Assembly: GCA_026395965.1 (NCBI GenBank)
Contig: JAPLXS010000006.1
Span: forward strand, 10,851-74,850
From: Candidatus Nomurabacteria bacterium
GTDB lineage: Bacteria > Patescibacteriota > Minisyncoccia > Phycocordibacterales > UBA9973
Reading direction: 5' to 3'
DNA length: 64,000 bases
A program made the position numbers and the translations under genes. This document shows, piece after piece, positions 28,777 to 38,718 of the stretch; the first letter of the stretch is position 1, and every line of letters begins with the position of its first letter. A model generated the notes under the pieces. That model saw only the letters and a program-made list of their open reading frames with translations. It searched no databases and had not been told where the DNA came from.

Positions 28777-29871
28777 TTATTTTTTTACCTTTTTATTTCT
28801 TATAACTATTCGAACATAAGTAGGTTTACCATTTATTGCACCATCTTTATCTTTAATAAGTCCGTGATCTTTAAATGGCACTCTATCATTAGTTCTGATG
28901 TTATTTGAGCTTATTATTTCAAATTGCGCTGGGTTATATTTATCTAAAAATGTTATTGGCACCCCCATTGCTCCTTTATAATCCATTGGAATATCACTTA
29001 CTTTGTCAATATTTATAGCTTTATAATTGTCATATTCTAGAAATTCTTTTGGTGAATATTTTTTATATAAAGTCATTTCTTGGTGACGTTTTATAGTATC
29101 TAGGTTTGTAAACCACATAATACGCCCCATACTAAAAAATTTTATATTATTTTCAATTTTTATTCTCGTCTCTGTTTCTATATTATAATCATCAGGAACT
29201 TGGAACCATTTAGTTCCACCATTATCATAGCCAAGCCACAACTTATCTTCTTTAATCAATTTAAAAGTTTCTTTATATGTGATAGCATTTTGATCACCAA
29301 GAATCAAAAATTTTTTATTATATTCAACTAATTGTGCAACATATTCTCTAAATAATGAAAAAGGAGGGTTAGTTACTACAATATCCGCCTGTTTTAAAAG
29401 TTCAATACTTTCTAGACTTCGAAAATCTCCATCGCCATTCATAGGCAACCATTCGTTGTTTTTATTTGCTTTTAGTTGTTCTGCAATATCACGCAAATCA
29501 AAAGCACCGTCACCATCTAAATCATGAACTTCATTTATAATAAATTTATTAGCATTCACTTTTGGACGACCTTTTACCGAAACAAGTGTTTTATCATTAC
29601 CAAATAATGCCAACTGAGTATTGGCAATTGGTGAAGGTTTATAACTAGTAGCAATAAGCCTTTTTAAACCAAGAGCATTAAAGTTTGATGCAAAATATTT
29701 AAAAAAATTACTTTCAAAAGGATCATCACAGTTACAATATACTACTTTGTTACGAAATTGTTCCTTGTAGTGTTTTAACTCTTTTTCAATATCAATAAGC
29801 TGAGTATAAAACTCATCCTTTTTTGCTTTGTTTGCCTTATGTAAATTATTATTTAATGATTTAGTAACCAT
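28777..29871 (-). CDS. N6-adenine DNA methyltransferase of the EcoRI-methylase-like family.
   Basis: DEFYTQ near the N-terminus, VVYCNCDDPFESNFFKYF, and catalytic motif IV IVVTNPPFSLFREY (NPPF). The family assignment is from memory of M.EcoRI-like proteins. Confidence 0.6.
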   Translation of the reverse strand: MVTKSLNNNLHKANKAKKDEFYTQLIDIEKELKHYKEQFRNKVVYCNCDDPFESNFFKYFASNFNALGLKRLIATSYKPSPIANTQLALFGNDKTLVSVKGRPKVNANKFIINEVHDLDGDGAFDLRDIAEQLKANKNNEWLPMNGDGDFRSLESIELLKQADIVVTNPPFSLFREYVAQLVEYNKKFLILGDQNAITYKETFKLIKEDKLWLGYDNGGTKWFQVPDDYNIETETRIKIENNIKFFSMGRIMWFTNLDTIKRHQEMTLYKKYSPKEFLEYDNYKAINIDKVSDIPMDYKGAMGVPITFLDKYNPAQFEIISSNNIRTNDRVPFKDHGLIKDKDGAINGKPTYVRIVIRNKKVKK

Positions 29872-29889
29872 ATTCTATATTATACATTT

Positions 29890-30687
29890 TTAATCTTTTT
29901 TTACTTGTATCCACTTAATATTCTGAACATTTACAGGCGAACTAAGAATAACCTTTTTAAAAGGATCAGATGGTTTTGATAATACTTCATCTATAACAGC
30001 AACAACTAAAGATGAACTTCCGGGCAAGTAGACTAGTGTTCCTTTTGGAGCAGACAAATCAATAGGAATAATCATTTCAAAATTTCCTCCTCCTCTACCT
30101 GTTAATTCAACACTAGCATTTGTAATATCCATAAATCCTTCAGTTTTGAAACCAGGATTTGTATATAAAGAAACCAATGAGGTTTTGTCATAAACTTTAC
30201 TTATGGTGCCGATAGGTATATTGCCACTAGCATAAACTTGATCACCTTCTTTAATATTCAAAGAACTTCCTATATCGATTATAAGAGTATCATATGGTGA
30301 ATTATTTGGTTTAGAAAGAATATTTCCAAGTATAAAATTATGTGTAGCAGGAACACGTCCCAATAGTTCTTTAAGTTGATTATTTTCATTTTTTAAAATT
30401 TGATAATCAACCATAGACAATTTAGTCCATGAAATTTCTTCTATTAAATTATGATTCTCTTTTGAGATAGCAGATTTTGTACGAAAAAAATAGTTAACAT
30501 TATATATACCATCTGTTACAAATTTCTCTACTCCCCAGATAGGTCTACCAACAAAATTAAACATTCTTCCTGACCAAGAAAAAAATCCTAATACTGACAA
30601 AATAAAAAAAATACCAAAACCTATTGCGTTTCGAATAATTTTTTTTCTTTTTATTATTTGTTTTTTATCTTGGAACTGATATGTCAT
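29890..30687 (-). CDS. mreC: Rod shape-determining protein MreC.
   Basis: N-terminal TM segment, coiled-coil, then a beta-rich domain. It lies immediately downstream of mreB. Confidence 0.65.
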   Translation of the reverse strand: MTYQFQDKKQIIKRKKIIRNAIGFGIFFILSVLGFFSWSGRMFNFVGRPIWGVEKFVTDGIYNVNYFFRTKSAISKENHNLIEEISWTKLSMVDYQILKNENNQLKELLGRVPATHNFILGNILSKPNNSPYDTLIIDIGSSLNIKEGDQVYASGNIPIGTISKVYDKTSLVSLYTNPGFKTEGFMDITNASVELTGRGGGNFEMIIPIDLSAPKGTLVYLPGSSSLVVAVIDEVLSKPSDPFKKVILSSPVNVQNIKWIQVKKD

Positions 30688-31711
30688 CTGTATTCAATAA
30701 AACTTCTACATAAGAATCAAATTCATCAAGTATAACACCTGTACCACGAGCAACTGCAGTAAGAGGATCTTCGGCTACATATATTGGTATTTTAATTGCA
30801 TTTTGTATCATAACATCAAGACCACGTAGCAAAGCTCCTCCACCTGAGAGAACTAAACCTCGATGAATAATATCTGAAAGTAATTCTGGTGGTGTTGTTT
30901 CTAAAACTTCTTTGATTCCATCAACTAGACTCAAAATTGAAGGCATAATAGCTTCACGAATATCTGAATCTGTCACTATCACCTGACGTGGTAAACCTGT
31001 TACCAAATCTCTTCCTCTGACTTCAGCTTCCATAGGAGTACCTTCTATAACTCCACCTATAGCTATCTTTATGCTTTCAGCAGTTCTCTCTCCTATTAAA
31101 AGTTTGAACTCATCTTTCATGTAATTTACAATATTTGTATTGAGTAAATCTCCAGCAATTTTAATATTCTTTGAACGAACTACACCAGACAGAGCAATAA
31201 CTGCTACGTCAGTAGTTCCTCCACCTATATCTACTATCACAGAACCAACTGCGTCCATAACTGGTAATCTTATTCCAATAGCAGCAGACATAGGTTCTTC
31301 TATGATATAGACCTCTCTTGCTCCTGCAGATCGAGCTGCATCTTCTACTGCCCTTATTTCAACATTTGTAATACCTGTTGGCACTCCCACAATAACTCTA
31401 GGCCGAATAAATTTCTTTGATATTTTCTCAGTTTTATTTATAAGATAACTTAGCATTTCTTCTGTAACCTCAAAATCAGAAATAACACCATCTACAATGG
31501 GACGAACGGCGCGAATGTGTCCTGGAGTACGCCCAAGCATTTGTTTAGCTTCAGCTCCTACTGCCACTATCTGACCAGTTTTTTGATTCACGACAACCAC
31601 ACTTGGCTCATTTATTATGATTCCATGACCTTTCAAATAAACCAAAGTATTGGCTGTTCCTAAATCTATACCTATATCGTTCGAAAACATTTTGTAGAAT
31701 TTTTTAAACAT
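30665..31711 (-). CDS. mreB: Rod shape-determining actin-like protein MreB. The start is taken at the ATG at 31711.
   Basis: IGIDLGTANTLVY, GGGTTDVAVI and other actin-fold phosphate motifs. Confidence 0.9.
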   Translation of the reverse strand: MFKKFYKMFSNDIGIDLGTANTLVYLKGHGIIINEPSVVVVNQKTGQIVAVGAEAKQMLGRTPGHIRAVRPIVDGVISDFEVTEEMLSYLINKTEKISKKFIRPRVIVGVPTGITNVEIRAVEDAARSAGAREVYIIEEPMSAAIGIRLPVMDAVGSVIVDIGGGTTDVAVIALSGVVRSKNIKIAGDLLNTNIVNYMKDEFKLLIGERTAESIKIAIGGVIEGTPMEAEVRGRDLVTGLPRQVIVTDSDIREAIMPSILSLVDGIKEVLETTPPELLSDIIHRGLVLSGGGALLRGLDVMIQNAIKIPIYVAEDPLTAVARGTGVILDEFDSYVEVLLNTDDISVPR

Positions 31712-31715
31712 AATT

Positions 31716-33161
31716 TTAGTATGACTTCGCAAAGATAACTCTACCGTTTGAGGGTTTACCTGATTTAATACACACGCCAGATTCTTCAACTTGATCAAAA
31801 GGAATACAACGAACAGTTGCTCCTGTTTCTTTTTTTATTTCTTCTTCAACATCAGCACTACCAGAATAGTGTGCTCTTACAAATTTACCTGATTCAATAG
31901 CCTTAATAAAGTCTTCCCAACTATCTACTGATATTGTGTTTTCTACAAGACGATTATTGGCTTGCTCAAAAAGATTATTTTGAATTAATTCGAGAGTACT
32001 TACAACTGCTTCATTTAAATCTGGAAGTGATACAGTTTTCTTTTCTCCAGTATCTCTACGAACTATAACAACTGTATTACTAGCTAAATCCTTTGGTCCG
32101 ATTTCTATACGAAGAGGAATACCTTTTTTCTCCCATTCATAATATTTTTCACCTGGACGAATATTTCTATCGTCTAGTTTTGAACTAATACCCACCAACC
32201 TTAGATTAGAAAAAACAGTTTGTGATTCTTCCATAACCAATTGCTTGTCCCATTCTTTTGGAACAATAGGAACAATCACAACTTGAGTAGGAGCAATTTT
32301 AGGAGGTAATACCAATCCTTTATCGTCACTATGAGTCATAATAAGACCACCAATAACACGAGTAGATAGACCCCAACTAGTCTGCCATCCGTATTGCTTA
32401 GTACCTGATTCATCTAAAAAATTTACATCGAATGCTTTAGCAAAATTTTGTCCAAGATTGTGTGAAGTAGAAAATTGTAAAGCTTTTCCGTCTTGCATCA
32501 TTGCCTCTATAGTATAAGTATCTTTTGCTCCTGCAAACTTTTCTGATTCTGACTTTCTTCCTGGAATAACTGGGATAGCCATATAATTTTCTGCAAAATC
32601 TTTATAAATATTCAACATCATAAGTACACGATTTTGAGCTTCCTCTTCAGTACTATGAACAGTGTGCCCTTCTTGCCAAAGAAATTCTGTTGTACGAAGA
32701 AACAAGCGTGTTCGCATTTCCCATCTTATAACATTCGCCCATTGATTTATTAAAAGTGGTAGATCTCTATGTGAACGAATCCATTTTGAAAAAACTTCGT
32801 ACATAATAGTTTCTGAAGTCGGGCGAAGAATTAGGGGTTCTTCCAATTTTTTACCACCGGCATGAGTAACAACAGCAACTTCAGGAGCAAAACCTTCTAT
32901 ATGACTTTCTTCACGCTTAAGAAGCCTCTCTGGGATAAGCATAGGAAAGTAAGCATTCTCTACTCCAGTTGCTTTGAATTTTTCATCGAGTATTTTTTGA
33001 GTTTTTTCCCATAATGCATATCCACAAGGTTTAATAATCATGCATCCTTTTACAGGAGAATTTTCAGCTAATTGCGCTGCTTCTATAACATCCAAATACC
33101 ACTGACTGTAATCTACAGCCCTGCTAGTAATCTTTTTTTCATCATTTTTAGTTTGTTCCAT
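31716..33161 (-). CDS. proS: Prolyl-tRNA synthetase, short archaeal/eukaryote-like type without the editing insertion.
   Basis: Class II aaRS motifs, about 480 aa, YSQWYLDVIEAAQLAE N-terminus, and a C-terminal zinc-binding domain ending in Y. Confidence 0.9.
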   Translation of the reverse strand: MEQTKNDEKKITSRAVDYSQWYLDVIEAAQLAENSPVKGCMIIKPCGYALWEKTQKILDEKFKATGVENAYFPMLIPERLLKREESHIEGFAPEVAVVTHAGGKKLEEPLILRPTSETIMYEVFSKWIRSHRDLPLLINQWANVIRWEMRTRLFLRTTEFLWQEGHTVHSTEEEAQNRVLMMLNIYKDFAENYMAIPVIPGRKSESEKFAGAKDTYTIEAMMQDGKALQFSTSHNLGQNFAKAFDVNFLDESGTKQYGWQTSWGLSTRVIGGLIMTHSDDKGLVLPPKIAPTQVVIVPIVPKEWDKQLVMEESQTVFSNLRLVGISSKLDDRNIRPGEKYYEWEKKGIPLRIEIGPKDLASNTVVIVRRDTGEKKTVSLPDLNEAVVSTLELIQNNLFEQANNRLVENTISVDSWEDFIKAIESGKFVRAHYSGSADVEEEIKKETGATVRCIPFDQVEESGVCIKSGKPSNGRVIFAKSY

Positions 33162-33357
33162 ATATAATGCCCATATTACCCTAAAATCAGTCTCCCGTCA
33201 AAAATAAGAGTTTGCTAAATAATGGTTTTTCTGTTATTATATCTCTACGTTCCGTGAGGGATTTTTTAATTTAAAATTACCTTGTAGATGAGCTGGAATG
33301 CTTAAAAACGGAGCTTTTATAAATAAACCCCAATGGGGACTAATTAATCATAGATAT

Positions 33358-34053
33358 ATGAGTACACAAAACACAACAGAGGAAATGTTCAAAGCAGGAG
33401 TTCATTACGGTTATTCTAAAAGTCGCAGACACCCATCAACATTACAATATGTTTTCACTACAAAGAACGGAGTAGATATAATCAATATCGAAAAAACAGA
33501 AGAGCTTTTAAATAAAGCTTTAGAAAACATAACAAAATTAGCAGCAAGTGGAAAAACAATTTTATTTGTAGGTACAAAACCTGAAGCTCGTCAACAAATT
33601 GTTGAAACAGCTCTTTCTCTTAACATGCCATACGTTTCAGAACGTTGGGTAGGAGGTGCACTTACAAATTTTCCAGAAATAAAGAAAAGAATCACTAAAC
33701 TACTTTCTCTTCGTGATCAAAAAGAAAAAGGTGAACTTGAAAAATACACTAAAAAAGAAAGACTTCTAATAGACCGCGAAATGGCTGATATGACAAAAAA
33801 CTTTCAAGGATTAACAGGTATAACTCGTACTCCAGATGTTATGTTTGTTATTGACCCTAAAAAAGAATTAATTGCAGTAACAGAAGCTAAAAAAATGAAT
33901 CTTCCTGTTATCGGAATATTGAATACAGACTGTAATCTAAAACAAGTAGACTTCCCTATCGTGGCTAACGATGCATCAGTCTCAAGTATTTCTTTCTTCT
34001 TAGAAAAAGTAAAAGAAGCTTACAATAAAGGTGCGGCAGGTCTTACTAAATAA
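33358..34053 (+). CDS. rpsB: 30S ribosomal protein S2. The start is taken at the internal ATG.
   Basis: MFKAGVHYGYSKSRRHP, ILFVGTKPEA and RWVGGALTN. Confidence 0.9.
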   Translation: MSTQNTTEEMFKAGVHYGYSKSRRHPSTLQYVFTTKNGVDIINIEKTEELLNKALENITKLAASGKTILFVGTKPEARQQIVETALSLNMPYVSERWVGGALTNFPEIKKRITKLLSLRDQKEKGELEKYTKKERLLIDREMADMTKNFQGLTGITRTPDVMFVIDPKKELIAVTEAKKMNLPVIGILNTDCNLKQVDFPIVANDASVSSISFFLEKVKEAYNKGAAGLTK

Positions 34054-34081
34054 TTAACATGCCATCTGGCAGATTTAAAAT

Positions 34082-34864
34082 ATGTCTACAACAATAACAG
34101 CACAATTGGTAAAAGATTTAAGAGATAGAACTGGAGTTTCTGTAATGCAATGTAAAAATGCATTAGAAGAAGCAGAGGGTGATATGGAAAAAGCACTTAT
34201 TATACTCAAGAAAAAATCTAGTAGTATTGCTATGAAAAAGGCTGACCGTATAGCAAATGATGGAACAATAATAGTAAAAGAAGCTGATGGTAAAGCACTA
34301 TTACTTGTTCTTAACTCCGAAACAGATTTCGTAGCTAAAAACAACGACTTTACTGAACTAGCAAATAAATTGGCTGATCTAGCAATAACAGAAGGAATAG
34401 AAGCAATGAAAGCTAAATCAGTAGATATGATAAATCAAACTGTACAAAAAGTTGGAGAAAAAATTGAACTTGGAAAAGTTGAAGAAATAACAGGAGCAGT
34501 TGTTGCTAGTTATGTTCACAACAACAAAAGTGCAGTAGTAGTATCTCTATCTGCTGGTACAAAAGAGCTTGCTCGTGATATAGCTATGCATATCGCTGCT
34601 ATGAAGCCCGTATTTACAACAAGAGAAGAAATAACAGAAGATGACAAGAAAAAAGTTGTAGAAGTTTTTGAAAAAGAAGTTGCAGAATCAGATAAACCAG
34701 AAGAAATAAAAAAGAAAATGCTTGAAGGAAAGATTTCTACTTATTTCAAAGAACAAACTCTTATGGATCAACCTTACATAAAGAATTCTGAACTAACAGT
34801 AGAAGCTCTACTAAAAAATAACAACGCTGTTTTGTCTTCTTTCACATACGAATCCATTAATTAA
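34082..34864 (+). CDS. tsf: Elongation factor Ts.
   Basis: ITAQLVKDLRDRTGVSVMQCKNALEEAEGDMEKAL is the UBA-like N-terminus of EF-Ts. It follows rpsB. Confidence 0.9.
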   Translation: MSTTITAQLVKDLRDRTGVSVMQCKNALEEAEGDMEKALIILKKKSSSIAMKKADRIANDGTIIVKEADGKALLLVLNSETDFVAKNNDFTELANKLADLAITEGIEAMKAKSVDMINQTVQKVGEKIELGKVEEITGAVVASYVHNNKSAVVVSLSAGTKELARDIAMHIAAMKPVFTTREEITEDDKKKVVEVFEKEVAESDKPEEIKKKMLEGKISTYFKEQTLMDQPYIKNSELTVEALLKNNNAVLSSFTYESIN

Positions 34865-34867
34865 TAT

Positions 34868-35266
34868 ATGTTTCTAATTATTCTTATTTTTTTAATAGCA
34901 ATAATATCTTTATTTACAATGATGATGTTTCGAGCATGGGAAATCGAAACATCACGCATTGAAAGACCAGACTCTTCTAAACAGATTGTTCCGGAGCTAT
35001 CTTTTCGTTATATTGAAAAAATAATACTTTATTTAGTTAAACATATACTACAATCAATAGTATTGATGTTAGTAAAAACTTGGTTTATTGTTATTACAAA
35101 AACAAAAAAATGGACAAAAAAGAATTTACCTAAAATAGCAAAATTCTTTAAAAAGAAATCAAAAGATTTAGAGAAACAAAGAGATTCATTTGTAAGAAGA
35201 GCGATCATTGAATCAAAAACAAAAATTAAACGTATAAAGGAAAAGGTAAGAAAGGAACATGAATAA
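34868..35266 (+). CDS. Hypothetical small membrane-anchored, lysine-rich protein.
   Basis: ORF with an N-terminal hydrophobic segment. No motif. Confidence 0.3.
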   Translation: MFLIILIFLIAIISLFTMMMFRAWEIETSRIERPDSSKQIVPELSFRYIEKIILYLVKHILQSIVLMLVKTWFIVITKTKKWTKKNLPKIAKFFKKKSKDLEKQRDSFVRRAIIESKTKIKRIKEKVRKEHE

Positions 35267-35427
35267 TAAGGGTTTGGCAGAATAATCATAATATGATATA
35301 GTAGATTTAGTTTTAAGAAGGTTAAGTAAGTTTTAAATATAGGCATATATTATATGACGGCATAGCTGTCTTGGTGGACAAGACACAAAGTCTGGTAATA
35401 AAAAGTTATTTCAAGTTATATATAGTT

Positions 35428-35500
35428 TGCCGGCATAGCTCAGTTGGTAGAGCGCCACTTTTGTAAAGTGGATGTCCGGGGTTCGAATCCTCGTGCCGGC
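35428..35500 (+). tRNA. tRNA-Thr (anticodon TGT). Discriminator U.
   Basis: Acceptor GCCGGCA/TGCCGGC, D-arm agctcagttggtagagc, anticodon loop tttgtaa, T-arm ggggttcgaatcctc. Confidence 0.8.
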
Positions 35501-35507
35501 TCCCGAA

Positions 35508-35536
35508 GAAAAAACACCCTAAACGGGTGTTTTTTC
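35508..35536 (+). terminator. Intrinsic terminator after tRNA-Thr.
   Basis: aaaaaacaccc-ttaaac-gggtgtttttt. Confidence 0.6.
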
Positions 35537-35836
35537 TTGGCACGAGGATTCGAAAGACGGAGGCTGTCGAGCCGAGTCACCCAGTAGGTCAATCTACTGA
35601 TTGAGGATCGCGCAAAAATTCAGTAGAATTTTATGCGTGATGATTCCTCGTGTCTATCCCCTACAGACGATGTGCACGTAAGTCAATCTACTGATTTGAC
35701 CCATAGGGTGATTCTGTTGAATCAATGTCGCGAATTTTTTCAGTAGAAAATTATGAATCTCAATTACTCATACCTTTTTCCAAATAAAAAATCGCTAGTG
35801 AATAGAGATTTTCTATCCAACTAGCGATTATATTTT

Positions 35837-36250
35837 TTAGCAAGTTGTCATGTTTTTTTTAATGTGATCTTCAAAAAACATGGTATACATTTGGTGAACT
35901 TGTAGAACGTGTTGATTTTTATCATTTAGTATTCCTTTGAATGCTTCATCGGTTAGAACTAAATAACAATGAACACGATCTTCTTTAATAACATCAATAA
36001 TGAATACACAAAGAAGATCTCCCTCAGATTCATCCTTTACAGTAAATAATTGATCAAGCGGTTTCTCTCCGAACTCAAATCTATCTTCTCCGTAACCATA
36101 ATTTCTCTTAGATCTGTAAATCGTAAAGATTTTTTTTAAACCAAAACCAGATCCATAATTAGCTTGGTACTCTGCAATAGATAAAGACGGCTTGATTTCA
36201 AGTAGTCCGCTTGGATTTTCTACAATAATATTTTTAATACTTGCTTTCAT
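35837..36250 (-). CDS. Hypothetical protein.
   Basis: ORF only. Confidence 0.35.
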   Translation of the reverse strand: MKASIKNIIVENPSGLLEIKPSLSIAEYQANYGSGFGLKKIFTIYRSKRNYGYGEDRFEFGEKPLDQLFTVKDESEGDLLCVFIIDVIKEDRVHCYLVLTDEAFKGILNDKNQHVLQVHQMYTMFFEDHIKKNMTTC

Positions 36251-36495
36251 TTTTTTTGATTTTTAAATTGTTAGATTTTTTTATTAAGTTATTTCAATCT
36301 CCTTAAAGAAACTGAAATAACTTAATAAACAATAGCAATTAAATCAAAATATCAAAGAACTATACTTTTTATAGTATATCACATTAGTGTGTATTTGTCA
36401 ATACTAAATATCCCTATACAATAAGGATTAATTAATATTCTATTACCCTCCCCCCACTAAAAACTCCGCGCCCAATGGCTCGGAGTTTTTATATT

Positions 36496-37248
36496 TTATT
36501 GAGTTACTGTATTTGCTGTAGTTTCTACTGTTTTGATTATATTCTTTATTGCGTCGGTTGCACTAGTTTTTGGCTTTGGAACTATAGCCTTTGGTTTGAT
36601 ACTTTCTAGCTGTGGAAAAGTTTTTTCTATCTCTTCCACTGTCTTAAATCCGCTATATACTTTACCGTTTATAACAATAGCTGGTAGATTATCTGGAACT
36701 TTATATATAGATCTCATGGCGCGAATTGCAGATATATCTAAGTTGTAATCAAAAGAATAAACACGCAAATTCGGGTAATTTTCTCTTAGACTAGTAAGTA
36801 CATAACCTTGCTTTGTACAAGCATCACAGTTGTCATTTTTGTAGAAATATAAAATAAAAATTGGTTTTTGACCGCATCTTTCTGTTATCTTTTTCATTAA
36901 CAAATAATCTTTTATTTCAAGTAGAGAATAATATTTCTTTAGACTGATAACGTCTACATTTTCTGTTCCTATATTATTTTCACTATATGAAATCTTGTCT
37001 GCTAGTGAATTTAATTCAGAAGACAATACTGTAGTTGATACATCTTTGCATGAAAGCTCTTCAAGTAAAGAAAATTGGGTTTCAGATGACATAAGGTCTA
37101 AAGAAATAGAACTTTCAATAGATTTAAGTTGGTCGATTTTTTTATTACTGAAGTAATTTGAAAGCCACAAACCAGATATAAATATCGAGGATGTTATAAA
37201 TAAAACTATAGTATATTTTTTCCAATCGTTTGGTTCGTGTTTGTGCAT
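36496..37248 (-). CDS. Membrane-anchored thioredoxin-fold protein with a CxxC motif (CDAC). The start is taken at the ATG at 37248, because the longer ORF-track start is TTG.
   Basis: N-terminal TM helix. ILYFYKNDNCDACTKQG is a thioredoxin-like active site. Confidence 0.5.
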   Translation of the reverse strand: MHKHEPNDWKKYTIVLFITSSIFISGLWLSNYFSNKKIDQLKSIESSISLDLMSSETQFSLLEELSCKDVSTTVLSSELNSLADKISYSENNIGTENVDVISLKKYYSLLEIKDYLLMKKITERCGQKPIFILYFYKNDNCDACTKQGYVLTSLRENYPNLRVYSFDYNLDISAIRAMRSIYKVPDNLPAIVINGKVYSGFKTVEEIEKTFPQLESIKPKAIVPKPKTSATDAIKNIIKTVETTANTVTQ

Positions 37249-37258
37249 AATTATGTGT

Positions 37259-38527
37259 TTATTTGGTAACACGACGTTCAAATGTCCAACTGGACTCCTT
37301 GGATATAATTGCGTTATATATAGCTCTTATCATCCAAAACGGCGCTATCACACTGTAAATTATAATAAAGTATATGATTGAAAAAGAAAAACTGGACTTA
37401 CCTTCTGCCATCTTTCTGCCAATCATTACAGATACAATGACTAGTATATACAAAATTATTGATAAGAACAATACTGCTTTTGTACTAACAAAGAACCAGT
37501 CAAACTTGTAGTGAAAGCTTAAAGCATTATTAAATCCAATAGTTTGTATTTGTACTATTTTGTGATAGAAAAAACTAATCACATTTGCAATTATATTTGT
37601 AAATAAAAAAATAACACCTATGATAGAAACTAGACCAGACGGTAAAGTAAACAATGCAACCGTTCCGTACTCCTTTTTAAATAAAAGTCTTCTGTAATCT
37701 ATAAGATTCTTTATAAAGCCATATATCCATCGTAAACGCTGACGGTAAAGCTTTGCTACTGAGTCAGGTGTATTTGTATAAACATAAGCATCTGGGCAGT
37801 GGTCTATCTTGTATCCATGCTCTTGCATACGCAATGCTATCTCTTGATCTTCGGTATTGTGAGCCTTATGATAAGGTCCAAGCTCATCAAACACTCTTTT
37901 TCTAAAAATAGAAAAAGGTCCGGGAGTCACATGAATTCCGCCCATAAATCCAAGCATTTTCTTTGTATAAATAGACATATCATATTCTACATTTTGAGCA
38001 TATTGAAGAATATTTTTAGGATTATAAACAACGATAGAAGGAGCTACTGCCATAGTAGTTAGATCATTTTGGAAATAACTTATTATTCGAATTAGAGCTT
38101 GAGGATGTACGAGTGAATCAGAATCCAAACAACCAAAAAATTCAGATGTAGTATTTTCTAAAGCTAGATTGAGTGCTGTGTGTTTTCCTCCATTTTCTTT
38201 TTTATATGCAAAGATATTTGAACCGTTATCAAATGCTTTTATTATATTCCATGTATTATCACGACTACCATCATCTATTAAAAATATTTTTATTTTATCT
38301 TTTGGATAATCTAGAGAAAGTAAAGATTTAACAGTTTTATCTATAGTTGCTTCTTCATTGTAACAAGGTACAGCAATAGTAACAGTTGGATAATCAAGTA
38401 ACACTAAGTTATCTGGATGTTTAATAATATGACGTTTCTTTTCAAAATATGTCATTAAAAAAAACACCTGTACATATACAGAAATGAAAGAAAATACATA
38501 AAATATAACTGTAAAAACTGGTTCCAT
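37259..38527 (-). CDS. Processive family-2 glycosyltransferase (NodC/chitin- or cellulose-synthase-like).
   Basis: VTIAVPCYNEE, FLIDDGSRD (DxD), GGIHVTPGP and QRLRW (QxxRW), with flanking TM helices. Confidence 0.8.
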   Translation of the reverse strand: MEPVFTVIFYVFSFISVYVQVFFLMTYFEKKRHIIKHPDNLVLLDYPTVTIAVPCYNEEATIDKTVKSLLSLDYPKDKIKIFLIDDGSRDNTWNIIKAFDNGSNIFAYKKENGGKHTALNLALENTTSEFFGCLDSDSLVHPQALIRIISYFQNDLTTMAVAPSIVVYNPKNILQYAQNVEYDMSIYTKKMLGFMGGIHVTPGPFSIFRKRVFDELGPYHKAHNTEDQEIALRMQEHGYKIDHCPDAYVYTNTPDSVAKLYRQRLRWIYGFIKNLIDYRRLLFKKEYGTVALFTLPSGLVSIIGVIFLFTNIIANVISFFYHKIVQIQTIGFNNALSFHYKFDWFFVSTKAVLFLSIILYILVIVSVMIGRKMAEGKSSFSFSIIYFIIIYSVIAPFWMIRAIYNAIISKESSWTFERRVTK

Positions 38528-38612
38528 AATTACAAGTAGTATACCATATTATCTATATTTTTCAACATAATTTTATTGTTATAAAAAAAATGATTTATGA
38601 TATAATAATCTC

Positions 38613-38655
38613 ACATATTAAATGCTTATGGTTATATAATAAACATTTAATATGT
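38613..38655. promoter_or_regulatory. 12-bp perfect inverted repeat acatattaaatg...catttaatatgt in the divergent GT2/dsbA promoter region. Candidate operator.
   Basis: Read directly. Confidence 0.3.
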
Positions 38656-38718
38656 AAAAGTTATATTTTTATTATTTAATTTAAGTAAATCTTTTTAATA
38701 AGATTACTTTTTAACAAA

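Noticed and set aside
33162-33297. T-box upstream of proS.
   Set aside because: No GGGTGGNACCGCG-like sequence on the minus strand.
35540-35760. CRISPR array.
   Set aside because: There are only two degenerate repeat copies with unequal spacing, and no cas genes in the window.
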